Source: Paraglomus brasilianum
Lineage: Eukaryota
Length of the DNA: 64,000 nt
Assembly: GCA_910592345.1 (NCBI GenBank)
Contig: CAJVPI010000047.1
Coordinates: 1 to 64,000 of the forward strand
Direction: 5' to 3'
The position numbers and the translations under genes were made by a program. This document shows positions 37,811 to 52,449 of this stretch, in pieces (the first letter of the stretch is position 1; each line of letters opens with the position of its first letter). The notes under the pieces were generated by a model. That model was given only the letters and a program-made list of their open reading frames with translations. It was not told where the DNA came from and made no database searches.

Positions 37811-40615
37811 AGTTGGTTGGAGTAAATGCATATATGTTGTATCGAGTCCAGATATTTGAGGGTGCGTTTACTTTCGAATGGTGTTTGACGCTTTGCTTTG
37901 ACACAGAAACTTGGGTATTGCGTTTTGCTTTTTGATTATTTACTGCTGAATGTGCAGTTTCATGTATGTATAATAAATCCTGTAGCAAGTTCTGTTTGAT
38001 TGATTATATGTTTGAGTTAGTGTCGGCGGCGTTATTCCTCTGGTGGATGGATTGAAAAGGAGAGTAAAGATGCGTACTTGAATAAAAGAGACAATAATAC
38101 AGTTTTATAGTTTTTGATTCAGAGACAGATTCTATGGGGGAGCCAGAAATTGATGCATATCGACGACTTTATATAAATTGCGTGGGAAGAAAGTTTGAAT
38201 GGATAGGCGTATGTTGTCGATGTAACAATAACCTACCCCACATGAACAGACAAACTCGTTGTGATGTTGTGATGGGATAACTTTGAGTAGCACAAGATGC
38301 AACGTTTGATCGTCACGACGGCGACCCTGAACTAGCACCTGAAATCTTGTTCCGTGATCGTTCACAAATGCTCATTTGTTATCAGTGCAGATCGTCACAT
38401 TCTTCGATACAGAGGCGAGCACACATCTTCAACGCAAGAATGGTTATTTGTTTCGACAAGAAATATGTGCATGATGGTAGTACGCGTCTCAATATCACTA
38501 TGCCAAGTCGCACAGCATTATGCATGCTTCGCCACCAGTCGCCTCGAATGACAATAGATTACTAACAGATATAGATTACTTATTCATTACAAACGATAAT
38601 CTCGGAAATTGCCAGTCATTGTATAATACATTCACGTGCTTCTCCACATACAGTCTAGGCCGATAAAGACGGTTGGCAAAAAAATAATCCTTATTGAATG
38701 CGGGTGCCGATAACCAAGCATCCGCATACGTGGCATCTTTTTTTATCAAAAAATAGAAGATTAGCCCCCGATAATTGTTTCGATTAACTTATTTATGGAC
38801 AAAAACAAATTTACACGAGTCACACAAGCTGGAAAGCCGCTAGGGGGATGCCGTTCATCTGATAAGGATCGAATGCACCGGTTAATTTTTATCTGTCACA
38901 CTGCATCATAGGTTCTTGCATCGTCTTGGTTGATAATTAATAATGCACCCAGTTCAATTCGACCTTGTCTGATTCGATTCGCTTATACAAACTAGTTAAA
39001 AGTTTATCAGACGTCATATTCATGGTTTAAACGACTTTTTTACCGTCTTGGTGGATCACTTTTACTATATTATTTCTATTATTATTATGAATGCAGACGG
39101 ATTATTAAACCAATCAAACATAGTTCGCCAAATTAGGTTATCGGTAGAGAGTTTATCGAACAAACAGAGTGATATTAGGCTTTATTATTTCGGAGGTAGT
39201 GACCCAAGTGCAACTCTTCCCCCTTTGATGCGACAGGGGGCCACAATTTTAAATTCTTATAATTCCTCCTTATTCACATAAACTTTATCTATTTGAAGGT
39301 CTGTTCGAGGAAAAAAAAAAAAGACTTGTCAAAAAACAACTGCAACAGTTCAAATGGGCGACGGTTAATCTGCGGTGGGTTCGGGCAAACATTGATTTTT
39401 CTGTAGCCTTGTATCACATAATATTGGATGTAGGACAATATCTTATTTCGCTGTATTACAGTTGTTTCACAACATAATGTACCAACCTTGTTATTATTAT
39501 TTTCGATTTACGCTAATTTAGTGACAATTTATTCTATTATACTCGAGACCACGATTTTTAATTAGCATCATCATGTGAGACATATAAACATGGCGTTTTC
39601 TGCATTAGCAACTAGTGGGGCGCGCAACGTTTCAATGTTAAACATCTGACTGGCTGGATGATCATTCATGTGATCTTTAACTTGAGTAAATAAGGGAGTA
39701 AATGAATAGAGTGATCATAGTGATCATACATACCATTTGGAGCATAGTCTAAAAAAAACCATTATCGTATTATAGGGATTGCTTTCTCAGCCATTTTGAG
39801 TGACCTGGCCCGTTTCACAAGATATTTTATCTGCGGAAACAAACAACTCTTTCTCAAAGACTTAAAAAGTATTTGACGGTATGCTGTTAACCGCAAACCT
39901 ATTATTATTATAGACTGCAACTTTAATTTTTGACCATGACAAGTACATTACTAACGACCGCAGCAGTTACATTGCAACCTATTATATTAGCAAACCAGCA
40001 GCAATCTCTTCTGAGAACGCTAGTTACGTACTATGTCGATTATGGTTAAACCAGAAAGCAAGTCAACAAATTTAGGCAAACTTCGTGTACATTTATCTGG
40101 TTTCTTGGGAAATGCATATACCATTTTGTGAGTCGCATAAACTTGCTCAAACGATTAGTGGCATTCCAACTTTTTAAACTATGGTTTGTTTGTTGTCTGT
40201 TTGCTCGAGTTGAGATCGGCAAGTATTTTAAAAGTCGGGCCAAAAGCATTTATTGTTATTGCCGATTCGCAATAACCTGATACTAAGCCGTAAAAATAAT
40301 ACCAACTTTCTTGATTTGGTTTTTGTGTAAACAAAAAACACAACTTTATGCGCAATAACTTGTTTAATGCACGAGAGATCCCATGACCTTTGATTCTGCA
40401 TGATCAAACGTTTCGAGGGGCCGAGAGGGAAATGAGCGCTGTATTGCAGAATAGATAAATAATACATTTATCAATACATTCATTCATTTACTTTTATTTA
40501 TATTTATTTATTTATACATTGGAAGTTTCCATATACTCTCACATGCAGAAGTTTGTTCTGTATCACTTGCTTGAATTTGTGGCGTCAGCTGTTCGATTGT
40601 TGAACAATAGACTCG

Positions 40616-42457
40616 ATGGCTGCCGACAACTCGACAACAGCCATGCAAACTGACTCTAGAGACTGGGCTGATAGGTGGAGACACATAAACAAAATTCTCG
40701 ATCGTCGAGGACCTTTTTGCGATAACAGTTTCCGTGAAGGATATGAGGTATGCTAATGTTTCGCGCTGACACGTTCCGCTCGATCTTCTCGCTATCCTAC
40801 TATTACTACTTGTCCCATGTTATTATTTTTTAATTCATCGATCTATTATCACTACACCCGTGATTTTATTCTTTGTTTGCTGCGTGGAACACGCTTAGAA
40901 CACATTGCTCCCCCAATGTAAAGTCCTTGTTATCGGAGCGGGAGGTCTGGGCTGCGAGATATTAAAAAACTTGGCGCTTTCGGGTTTCAAAGACATTCAT
41001 GTGATCGACATGGACACAATCGATGTCTCTAATTTGAATAGACAATTCTTGTTCAGGTGAGCGTGAATTGATACGTGCTCTCTTCGACCTTGTCATTCGA
41101 TTTACTGAAATCTCTTTCCTAGACCTTCAGATGTTGGTAGACCCAAGGCCATCGTCGCTGCTGAATTTGTAAAGAATCGAGTAGCAGGGGTGGTTGTTAC
41201 TCCGTTGGTATTTTTTACATCTTTGCTGTGAGCCGTTCGCGAATCTGCTCTAGTCTTTCTAACTGTCTCTCGTCCAATTGTGAATTCAGTTACCATGGCA
41301 AAATCCAAGATAAAGATGATGATTATTATAAGCAGTTTCAAATAGTTATTTGTGGGCTGGACTCGGTCGAAGCTCGTCGCTGGATGAACGCTACAATTGT
41401 CAATCTATCACAAGAGTTGGGAGAAGCCATCCCGATAATTGATGGAGGAACGGAAGGGTTCAAGGGTCAAGCACGCGTAATCATTCCAACAGTGACGTCA
41501 TGTTACGAGTGCTCCCTGGATATGCTCAACAAACCAACAACGTTCCCTATCTGTACTATTGCCAATACTCCCAGATTGCCTGAGCATTGTATCGAATGGG
41601 CTTATGTTCTCGAATGGCCAAAAGTATTTAAAAGTACGTGGAATATATATCAATATATCAATCAATGTTTGTCGGCGTCAAGTTACTTACTACAAACTAT
41701 ATTTTTAACAAATTAGACGAGAAACTAGATACCGACGATCCAAAACATATTCAGTGGGTATTTGAAGCAGCATTGGAACGAGCGAGGCAATTTAAAATCG
41801 CGGGAATCACGTATTCACTCACTCAGGGAGTTGTAAAAAACATTATTCCGGCTATTGCATCAACAAATGCTATCATTGCGGGTATGCATATTGCCCACTG
41901 TTTTTCCACTCTTGTATTCCATATGTTGACATTCTCGTTAAATTTTTTTTTGCACAGCCGCCTGTTGCAATGAAGCGTTCAAGATTGCTACAACGTCCGC
42001 TCCTTATCTTGATAATTACATGATGTACACTGGCAATGAAGGCGTATATACCTACACTTTCCAACATCAGAAGAAGCCAGACTGTCCAGTGTGTGGGGAA
42101 AACTCTGTCAACGTTGATGTAAACAAGAACTGGACTGTGGAAGAATTTATTGAATGGCTAAAAGAGAAACCAGATGCGTAAGTTGATTGCATAACAATTT
42201 TCTAATGTAAATGTTGATGTGAAACCAGATCCTTAATTTTAATCAACATGTTTTATTTTACTAGTCAATTGAAGAAGCCAAGTCTAATGACTGCAGATAA
42301 CAAAAAGATATATCTTCAAGCTCCACCTATTCTGGAGAGATCAACAAGACCGAATCTAGAGAAGAAACTTAGCAGTCTAATCGAAGATGGCGATACGATC
42401 ATTGTCACTGATTCTACATTGCCGTTCTCGTTACAGCTCGTAGTATCATTAATATAA
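40616..42457 (+). CDS. UBA3: NEDD8-activating enzyme E1 catalytic subunit, multi-exon
   Basis: [51 protein letters not shown], catalytic [33 protein letters not shown] and a C-terminal E2-binding domain. Confidence 0.97.
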
Positions 42458-42599
42458 TTAGACAAAAACGTTACTACTACAAATAACCCTGTCATAAAAA
42501 CCTAATTATAAACATTCCTGACAGTGTACATATTGCGATTCAATTATATTTTCTATTGGTAACGAAAGTAGATCTCCCTACAATAGGCTGCGTATTATG

Positions 42600-44304
42600 T
42601 TATTCGGATTTGCTTTTCGCAGCTTCGGTAATCTTTTCATCTTCCGGAACGAACGTAGCAAAAATTGAAAAAATAAACAACATGGCTACAGCCCCGACGA
42701 TATAGCACGATTTACTACCGACCATCCAATACAAACTACACGCAGCAATTGGCCCAATTGCTCTTCCAAGCTGCCCCAGTGAGCGAAATTCACCCAATGC
42801 TTGCCCTTTCTTAAGCCCTGCTTCAACCAACTCGTCACATTGCATACTGGCCAAAGACGTCAGGCAATTCACGACAGTAGCGCTGGTAAACGCTAAAAAT
42901 GTAGCCCCAATATACAACCAACCTATCCCGTTATCTCCTAGAGTCATGCTACCAATAACACCCAATCCAATGGCACACCCAGAAATTCCCTGCATGACTA
43001 TTCTCTTCTCTCCAATCGAATGAGCTTTACGACGAACATAACCACCTTGGATAATAGCCGATAATATGCCTATAAACCCAAGAAGTATCCCATTCTGCAT
43101 GTTGGAAAAATCAAACAGATCGAACGTCAAGAATGTAAGAGTAAACTCCATTCCAGAGAATATAAACAAGTACAAGAAATGAATCAGCTTTAGCAGACGA
43201 AGAGTTTTCAGCCTTTGCGCTCGCTTCCGATCCATTTGCAGCAGCAAAACAGCAGCCTCATGCGCGCTTTTACTGGTACTCGTCGAATCCTTTGTACTCC
43301 CGTCATCAGAAGCAGTTTTCTCTTCCCGCAAATTGGCAGTTTCTGGCAGAAACGCATGAAGATATAGCGTTTCAACCGTGAGCAATACTAGAGCAACAAA
43401 TGCCGGGGCGGAATATGGATTCAGTCCCCATTCAACTAGACTGGGAAACGTCTTGGCGAGATTTTTTGATGCAAAATATGCCCCGATTGCGGGTCCGATT
43501 GTAAAAGAAATAGCAAATGCAATGCCCACTAGAGCCTTAATTTTGACATGGAGTAAAAATCATAGTGGTCGGCATAGTTTGGGAGAAAAGATGAAAAATA
43601 CCGGTGATGTAACGCGATAAACACTAACCAGCCCTTTCGACCTTGATTCCTGTGTCGTCACGTCGGATACTATCGCAATCGACAGCTGTACGTTGCCTTC
43701 ACTCAAGCCACCGACTATCCTCGAGCATACAAACCATCCAAAAGACTTGGCAAATACCCAAAGACATGTCGACAGTATGTTTCCTATCTGGTGTTAACAT
43801 AAGACTGAGTACCAATGACAATTATTGTTCACTGAATCCCTCTATTATCCCAATATACGACCCACCATTGTAACTAATAGTGTAGCCCGTCTGCCATATT
43901 TATCAGAGAATGCCCCGATTATGGGTGAAGCGACAAATTGTAGTAGCGAGTAGAGAGAGCCCAGTGCACCACCCAGCAATACAATGTCCCATTTCGGATT
44001 ATTGCCTGTAGTTCCCCCGATGATACTTCTAAAAAGTCTGATCTGTCTAAGACACCACGACAGTAACGTCGACTACACGGATGGAGAGCCCGAGTCAGAC
44101 AAATACATATTAATATAGACATTTTAAAATTACTATTGCGTCTACCTCGTCGCCTTCTTCTCGGGCTTTATACTCTTCTAAAAGTCGTGGAAATAAGGGT
44201 AATATTATAGTGAACGCAAGAATGTCCAGCAATAACGCGATGAACACTACTTTCACTGTTTTACTCGTGTAATTGGACACGGACTTTATGGAAGATTTAT
44301 TCAT
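42600..44304 (-). CDS. MFS transporter, tetracycline-efflux/MFSD10-like, multi-exon
   Basis: LLDILAFTIILPLFP, motif A GAFSDKYGRR, GIAFAISFTIGPAIG, FSGMEFTLTFL and FRSLGQLGRAIGP. Confidence 0.92.
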
Positions 44305-44916
44305 GGGTTATTCAAAAAGATTAGTTTTTTCCTAAGCTCGAACCGAAAATGGAATTTTGGAAAGATCTGACGGTTGTAGCACACAAAACTTCGTCGGGTT
44401 AAAAAGTGACGTGTTTTGTGCAATTTCTCTAATAAGTCGATTTGCGGTTCATAAAACGGGCAGTTTCTCTTTCATGTCGGCATTTACTTCCAATGTGGGC
44501 ATATTTTTTTCTGAACCATTCCATCCGAGAAAGCGTATTAGTATTAGCCTTTACAATATGAGACTTGGACCCCTTTTTTAATTAAGAAAGCATCTCTTAT
44601 TTCTTTTCATAGGTTAATTCGCTCAAAGTACAGACCCTAATTACTAACGCTAATAAATAAATAACAATTCTAGGTCAGTGTAATGGTCTAGTGGCGTTAT
44701 GATTCCATAATATTACCACATTTTCGTAATTCCTTTATAACTTTAAGCAGTGGCACGTGTTCAGTTCGATTTGAAAATAACTTCTATTGTATGGTATATG
44801 ACAACATCCAACTCACAATCTATAAAGAATAATTAACAGATAATACACAATACTAAACAGCCATAATATATACTACCCACATGTAATAAACTACACCGTC
44901 TAAGTATATAATAAAA

Positions 44917-47900
44917 TCACATTGGATACCCAAACAATTCTGCTAATTTCAAAAGCTTCTGCTTGTGTTCATCTGTCAGTAAACAAAATGTTAAAAACAA
45001 GAATCAAGTGCATTCGTAAACAAAGTTTCAATTTAGTATTGATTGATTTCATACCTTCAAGTGGAGGACTAACAGAGTCTGCTCGCCCAGTAGATGCCGG
45101 AACTATAAAATAAAACAATCAAAATTCTTTACATACCCGCTTTTGACAATTGTATGTAACATTGAAACAGTACTTACAAACATTCCTAGCTTCTGCAATC
45201 ATGCTAGCTCTATGTTTCTCTTCCTCCTCCGTAGCAATATTAGATAGCCCACGTCGTATATAACTCTGAAAATAGAAGCTGGTTGTTTCTAATTGTGCTG
45301 ATATTTTACTTTCCATTTCAGGGTGCTCTTTCTGGAATTCATACAGTTCTTGAATACCCTATTACAGCAGAAGTAATTAATCATCTCAGTTACTCAAAAG
45401 TGTAGTAATTAATACCCTTCACTAACCTTCCTAGACTCTCGTGGTGTGCCGATCTTTTGAAAAATGCGAGTTAATTGAGTGTTCACTTCTAATTCATGAG
45501 ACCCAGACGTGCGGATGCTCCCTGCTAGCGTTGGAAAGCGGGGTGACATTGGCGTCCGTGGCGAAGTCGGACTCATAGATTCAGAGCCATTGAAAGGAAT
45601 CTCGCGTTTAGGCATTTCTCGCAGTGGAGGTTCTCTCACTGTTGATTCCTGAATGTCTTGTTCCATCGCCGGAGAGCCGTGTGTAGAGTCATTGTCTGGA
45701 TAGCTAGAATCTGATCCGATCGAAGTAATCGATCGTATGGATGAAATAGACGTACCTCGACTCTGTATTTTAAAAAATTTAATGTAAGATAAATGATAAA
45801 TTCTTTTGCAATACAACTATATTGAAAAACCATACATGTGTTGGCTGTTGTTGCTGAGAAATATGTTGATTAAAGTGTTGCTGATGTTGAGAGTAGTTTT
45901 GTTGAGGAAGTTGTTGTTGACCAGCTTTCTTCCTATGAGCTTCAAGCATATGATGCAGATAAGGATAGACATAGCTTCTTTGTGGATCTTCTATAAGATC
46001 CAAATGATCATATACACCATCACCCAGTCCTGTCACCAATTCAAGCAATAATGTCTTCACAGTGCGAAGAGGCATCTCGCCTAAAGGAACTTTCTCAGTA
46101 GCTCTTCGTTTCCATTCTGCAGGTGGAGTTACCAAGAAGAAATTGTTTAGGTCACGAAGTAACATGTTGGGTTTGAGAACCCCGGCCTTCAAATTCTCCT
46201 GTACGGTCTTCGCCAATTTCCACAGACATTTCATTATTAATTCAGTAAATTTTACTTGAGCACTAGATGCGGAATCTTCTACGTCACGTAGATTGGCAGA
46301 CGATGTTTCAAGTATCAAAATCAACGCACTGGAACGGGTTCGAATGGGAGAGAAAAAGTGTTAAAGTTTAATGCCATCAACGTCCAACAGCTTCGGGTTA
46401 TATAATATATACTTGCCTATACGTTGCATTTCTGTCGCTATTCTCGAGTACTTTGACCATTGCTACATTAAGAGCTTTCGATAATTGCTGTCCACATTCC
46501 AGAACTTGTAAATTTGGATCCAATAGCCGGTGTGCTAGTTCTTGCAAAAGCCTTGTCAAATATTCTTGAGAGACTGATACCGCAAGTTCCTTGTTCGAAA
46601 ATAACAAAACCAATGCATTGACTAAGTGTTTGCATAACCTAATGAGGGTATGTGATTGTGGTTCAAGTTTCGTATAAGAAAAGCGGATTTGAAGAGCGAG
46701 AGCATTAACCAGCTCGTCAACATGACCAGCAACTTTTGCAGAAGAATTGTTTAATTCTTTGTCAAAGTCCTTTAACGCTTCGATACTTTGCTGAGGATCA
46801 GCATTTAATATTCTATTAATAATATAGTCCATTCTAATCTCGGGTGATCTTTCGGGAGGCACCGCACGCAGTTTGCTAGAAAATGGTCCAGGAATACCAC
46901 TCCTCGACGGGGCTTCCATAGCGGTAGGTGCAATATGATCTGGTTGATCAATGTCCATAGGCACAACATCTTTATTAGACCCGGCTTCACTAGCAGGGGC
47001 AGAATTCGATTGTCCATTTAGAGTATTGCCAGGCTTCCGTAGACGCGAGAACTGTAGACGGCTCGGTGGAGGCAAACCTCGTCCAATACCGGATGGTGGT
47101 TGCAATCCTCTTGGAGCACTTGGCAAGTTACTTCCATGAGCAAATGTTGGCAAACTTGATGTAGATGGCGATTCATGTTCCGCAGTTTCTCCGTTCCCAT
47201 TAGGAATAGAAGATGAATTGAATCCCCCAGCAGGAGCCCCTCTACCCAAACCAATCTGACTCCCTCTACCAAATCCGGGAATACGTCTTACTGGTAACGT
47301 TGGTAATGCAGGTGGCATTTCTTCGTCATCTTCCTCTTCCTCCTCTTCATCTTCTTCCCGGCCGACTTTTCCAGAACTTCCGCCTGACGGTCCGCCAAGC
47401 CGGCTTTTTGGGCCAGGTCTTTTTCCAATGTCCTTACCTTTGCTGGCACCTCCACTAACAGGACGTGCTGCTTCAATCATTGGCATAATCTGTTGTTTTA
47501 TCGCACCTTTCAAATCGCCGCACTTCTGAACTACATGATCGTAACCAGCACTATTGATTATTGGTCCTAAACAAGCCTGCGCAGCCTTACGAACGTCTCC
47601 ATTACGATCAGATAAACAAGACAACATTGGTGTTATTAGCGGTGACAAGTCTGGAGACTTTTTCTTGTCTTCGATGTCTTTAAGACGTTCTGAAAGCCAG
47701 TTTAATAGATCCTTTCGTAAAAGTGGATTTTCATTTGCTAGACTAGTAGCAAGAGATGAAACGAGAGGATCAAGCCCACAAGCACTTGCCATTGCATCGA
47801 GAGTGCCGATAGCACTGCCGCGAACAGTTGCTTTTTGATCTGTAAGGACATTAGTAACTGGTCCTACAAAAATTTTCACATATCTATCGAAAGGTTTGCC

Positions 47901-50900
47901 CATTGCTGTAGATATCTTTCCGCAAATCTCTAGCGCCATCATCTGCAGATTTTTATTACTATCAGCTAATCGCGCCTTCAAGGCAGCCGGAAAATCACCT
48001 TAAAAAAACCCCGCCCCGAAAAATTGTTAAATCAACAATCAGCAATTCAATGAGTATACAATACAGTATATATATACCTAAATTTGGTTTAAGTCGCTGG
48101 TTAGCATCGACTAATGCTTTGACTTGATCCATACCCTCTTTTCTCGTTTTCCATTTGTCGCTGTGACAATCCTACGCATATAATAATCAAGTTGATCTTT
48201 AAATATGTTACTGACGACTCGATTCATTCAATATGTACTTACCGCAATTATTTTGCTGGTAATAAGTGCTCCAAGATCGACTTTGGGAAATAGTTCGTCT
48301 AATGCATCGCCAGAACTTTTGGCTTCGACCTGTTAAATAGATTAATTTTAAATCAAATCTCGATCGTCATAACTAACTCTTCTATGAAATATGTAGCTGA
48401 TGTACTGTCCAATAGTTACTACTAATACCAATGTTACTCTTGGAAAATAATGCAGCTGGCTCTTGACTAAAATATTCGTAAAACTTACGCTAGATTTTGT
48501 CGGCTGAGGCGGTGCTTGATCAGCAACCTTCTCAAACTCGGCATCGATTGTGGCTAATTGTGTTGGATTTAAATCCTGAATAAAAGTTCGAACACCTAAA
48601 GATACAACAACAAAAGTTAGAGAATTTCGACTTGACAAAAAAACATTGACAATTGCGCTTCTCACCAGGGCCAACATAAATTCGTAGAGCACCCAAAACT
48701 GTCACAGAATTTGCACGAACAGCCGCATTTGTGTTGCTGAGAGTAAATTTAAGAAAATCAATCAGGTCGCGGACTTGCAAACCGGCAATACCGAATTCCA
48801 TGATTGCACTATGAATCCACGTGAGACCGTCTGCTATCGTCTTAGGTGACTTTGCCTTTCGTAATGGCTCATACGCTACAATATTATCGATAATTTAAAT
48901 ACCAGAGAATTTTTTTCATTCAGAGGGGAGCGACTGCAATACCTTGTGCAAGTACAAATTGAATTGATGTTTTCTCGGCAAAGCTGGTTAGACATTCACC
49001 AGCTGGTTTCTTGAGTTTGATATCACCAAGTTTTTCAGCCAATACTTTCAGAAAACAAATAATTAATATATAAACTTGAATAAATAATACATTAATTTAT
49101 GTACAAATATCTTACTGGGAATTGCAAGAGAAGCTGCTGGTTTAGAAAACGAGGTTGATTTATCCGAAAACATTTGCATTACGCCAAAGGCCTCAGTCAT
49201 GACCTTGTGATTTGACAACACAGTATATGAGCAACCCATTGGATCATAAGGCAAAACGCACCAAGACTTACCTGATAATTGCTTTCTTTCCAACCAGGCT
49301 TTTTTCTCAAGAAACGAACAACCAACTCGGGATCAACTTCTGCGGGATCCATTGAATCCAAAGTCTGGCGTAATGATGTGATTGCTGAAAAAATCCACCT
49401 CAATATCAGAATAAGTTTAATAGTAATATTTATTTCAGAATCTGAAAAAGTACCTGCTAATCTAATCTTCCATTGTTTGTCGCTTATTCCGTCAGTTTCG
49501 CTAGAAGGTACAATTTCGCCAAACGTCGCCTCAACATCTTCATCAGAGTATTTGTATTTAACAGGCTCTTCTTCTTTTGCCTTACCACCTTTTTTCGGAG
49601 GTGGTGGCGCAGCAGCAGCAGCCGGCTTTGCAGTTTTCACGGATTTCTTTGGCGGACCCGATGGTGCTGATTTGGTAGGTGCTGATGCAGCCTCGGCTTT
49701 CTTTTTTGGAGGGCCATTCTGTAATGTAGAATGCATAAGCTTTATACGATCTATAAGACATTGAACTTTATAATAGTACTTACAGGCGATTTGGTCGTCT
49801 TTGGCTTGGGTTTTTCTGCAGCGGCTGGTGCAGGAGTGGGTCGTTTGACAGTAGTTGCTTTGACCTTAACTTCAGCTTTTTCGCAAAATTCCTTTGCTTT
49901 TCCTTTTTTTATCTCATCAAGCCCCTCCAGAAATGGTATCATTGCTTTGTCTCCGACAATTTTCATCATAGTTCCTAAACCTTCCATTGCGGCAACACGA
50001 ACCGGCTCCGCGCTGTCCTCGCAGGCTTTCACCATCATTTCAGAAAGAGCTTTGGTTTCGGTTTTATTTGGGGCAACTTTTGTAATCTTCAGACACCGTA
50101 CAAGCCATTTAATTGATTCTGATTTTACTTGGGGATTCTTGTGTTTACCCGCAGCTACTATTTCCTCCACAACGTCAGATAGCGTGACCTTAAATGAAGC
50201 AAATACTTTATATGAACTGAAGACTAAACAGCAATTAAATTTTCTGCGCGTGTGCGAAACTTACGGTCACGAAGACTGCGTCAAGTGCCTTCGCTAGTGT
50301 ATCGGATACATTTTTTTTTTTCTCTTTCAATTTTTCTACGATAGGCCCTACGACCTGAGACGAAGCCGTCATTAACGTATACTGATACTATTTACAACCA
50401 TATGCATTCGGAAACTTACTATTGATTTGTATTTAGCAAACTCATTGCGTAAGCCTTTTGCCAAAATCTCTATTATATTTGCTGCAAGTGATACCACGAT
50501 AATATTGGAATCGCTCATTCTCTATTGAAACGCAATAATTAGTAAGGTCAAATCTTGAAGATAATGCTATTTATATTTGTATCTCTCTTGGTTTGTCGAC
50601 ATACCTTTGCAAGAGCAGTAACGAGGTCCGAGAAGTTACCATCAGCTATTCTAGGAGTATTGCATATTTCAAGCAGACCATCCAGTGCCTCCTTCCGTTC
50701 TTTCCATTTTGTAGAGCCCTAAATTGTTATCAAGTTCAAATCAAAACTGTTACGTATAATTAAACCTTCCAAGACACAACTTACCAATTTTGTGTAAAAG
50801 TCTTTGGCCATTTTCCCCAAAACATCGACAGGTTCGGCCAAATCAAATGCATCAATTTCCTTTTCCTCTTCAGCTTCTTCCTCTTGCGCTAGAAATCATA

Positions 50901-52227
50901 TTATTGGTTAATCGAAATTGTCGAAAATTAAGGCGCCAAATTAGGTTGGTAGCAACGAACCTTCAGCTTCTGCCTCGGCCGCGGCCGCAGCTTGTGACCT
51001 AAGTAATCGTAGTTGTTTGGGCTTTTCGGGAGGTAACTTCTCAAAGGCCTCATTCAATTCTTTAACCTATTGTCGGTTCTTCTTTTAGTTATATCGAAAT
51101 TAAATCCGTAAGCAGTTAAGCGCATAAGTACCTGCACAGGCTTTAACTCTTGTAAGTGTGGATTGATTGCTTGGCCCAACCATTTATACAATTCTATCAC
51201 AAGTTGTGTTCCCTGAAGAGAATGCAATATGAGAATATATTCTATGCTTGGTTTTTAATAATCCGAAAATACATTAAACCTACCTCCGTCCTCACGGCTT
51301 TATCTGTATGACCGAATATTTTCGGAAGAGTCTTTAGTATTGGTTTGACGTTGACAGTCTTTGCTCCATAGTTGCTTTCATAATACGCTTTGATCAGATC
51401 GTTTGGTAGAAAAAAACTACGACACATTGCAAAAGCGAAACAAATGTAAGACTGAAACACACCTTATTATTTCCTTTAAGGCGGATACAGTAGTAGCGAC
51501 TAGTTTCGGTTGTTTGGCATTTAAGCCGTTTATTACATCTTCCTGCAAGCAATACATGATGAATTACTCACTTGTCTGAAAGAGAATGATAACGAAATAA
51601 GCGACACAACATACCACAACAGGATCGGGAACATCAACTTCTATAAACATTAATATTACGTTGACAGCTTTTCTTTTTGTGCCTGCACGAGCCGAACCAA
51701 AGCCTTTTTCCACAACAGCAGGCACCACAGAACTTCTTGCTCTGCAATAGTCAATTGACGACAAACATGAACAGATAAACTTGTTAATGTAATAAATACC
51801 GAACACACAAAATACTAATAGACGCTTCTTTCGTATAATGTTAATAATGTGTTATGCGATGAGACGCGACCCGTGTATTGGAATGCCAGAGGGACTGTAC
51901 CTTGTAGGATTTGGGGCATTTTGGACAAAAGCCAGCAACGCGGTTAAGCCAGTTTCTTGTGCTACGGCGTTCGCGTCTGTTGCAATGTTTTTCAGAACAC
52001 CTTCGTATGTCTTGAAATCGTTCTCGGCTTCACTCGTTTCCCAGAGTTTGGTTAATTCTTCGTATGCACTAACCCGAGCCTTCCATACCTAACAATCGGC
52101 GAATGTGATTAAACAAGCGAAGCAATTCAAACATCCGTGGCTTTTCTAAACAAGAAGGAACACCAACTTTATGTTTGACACGCTCAGTAAGCGGCAGGGC
52201 GGAGAAGTCTTCCTCCGGTGTTGCCAT
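44917..52227 (-). CDS. XMAP215/Stu2/Alp14/ch-TOG microtubule polymerase, many exons
   Basis: TOG-start motifs HKVWKAR, STKWKERKE, DKQWKIRL and SDKWKTRKE; C-terminal helical domain (ALNVAMVKVLEN, FTELIMKCLWK, EMPLRTVKTLL). Last exon ends LFGYPM* at 44917. Confidence 0.95.
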
Positions 52228-52449
52228 ATTGAAAATTTTCACTTGTAGGCGCGAAATCAATACAAACGATAATAATATTCGCTGTTTTTTAATGCAAGGG
52301 TCGACAAGTGAGGCAGTTTGTGTTACATAATGACATGCATCTGTGCGTCACATTCTGAGCCACAAATCATCTGATCTGCTACGACATTTGGGAGTGACAG
52401 TATTCTCTTGCTTGCAGGCCGTACGCTTACAGGAAGACGAAAGACGATT

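Noticed and set aside
44672..44780. tRNA-like A-box (TGGTCTAGTGG) and GTTCGATT
   Set aside because: No convincing acceptor or anticodon stems, and the T-arm pairs badly. At most a degenerate relic; tRNAscan-SE would decide.
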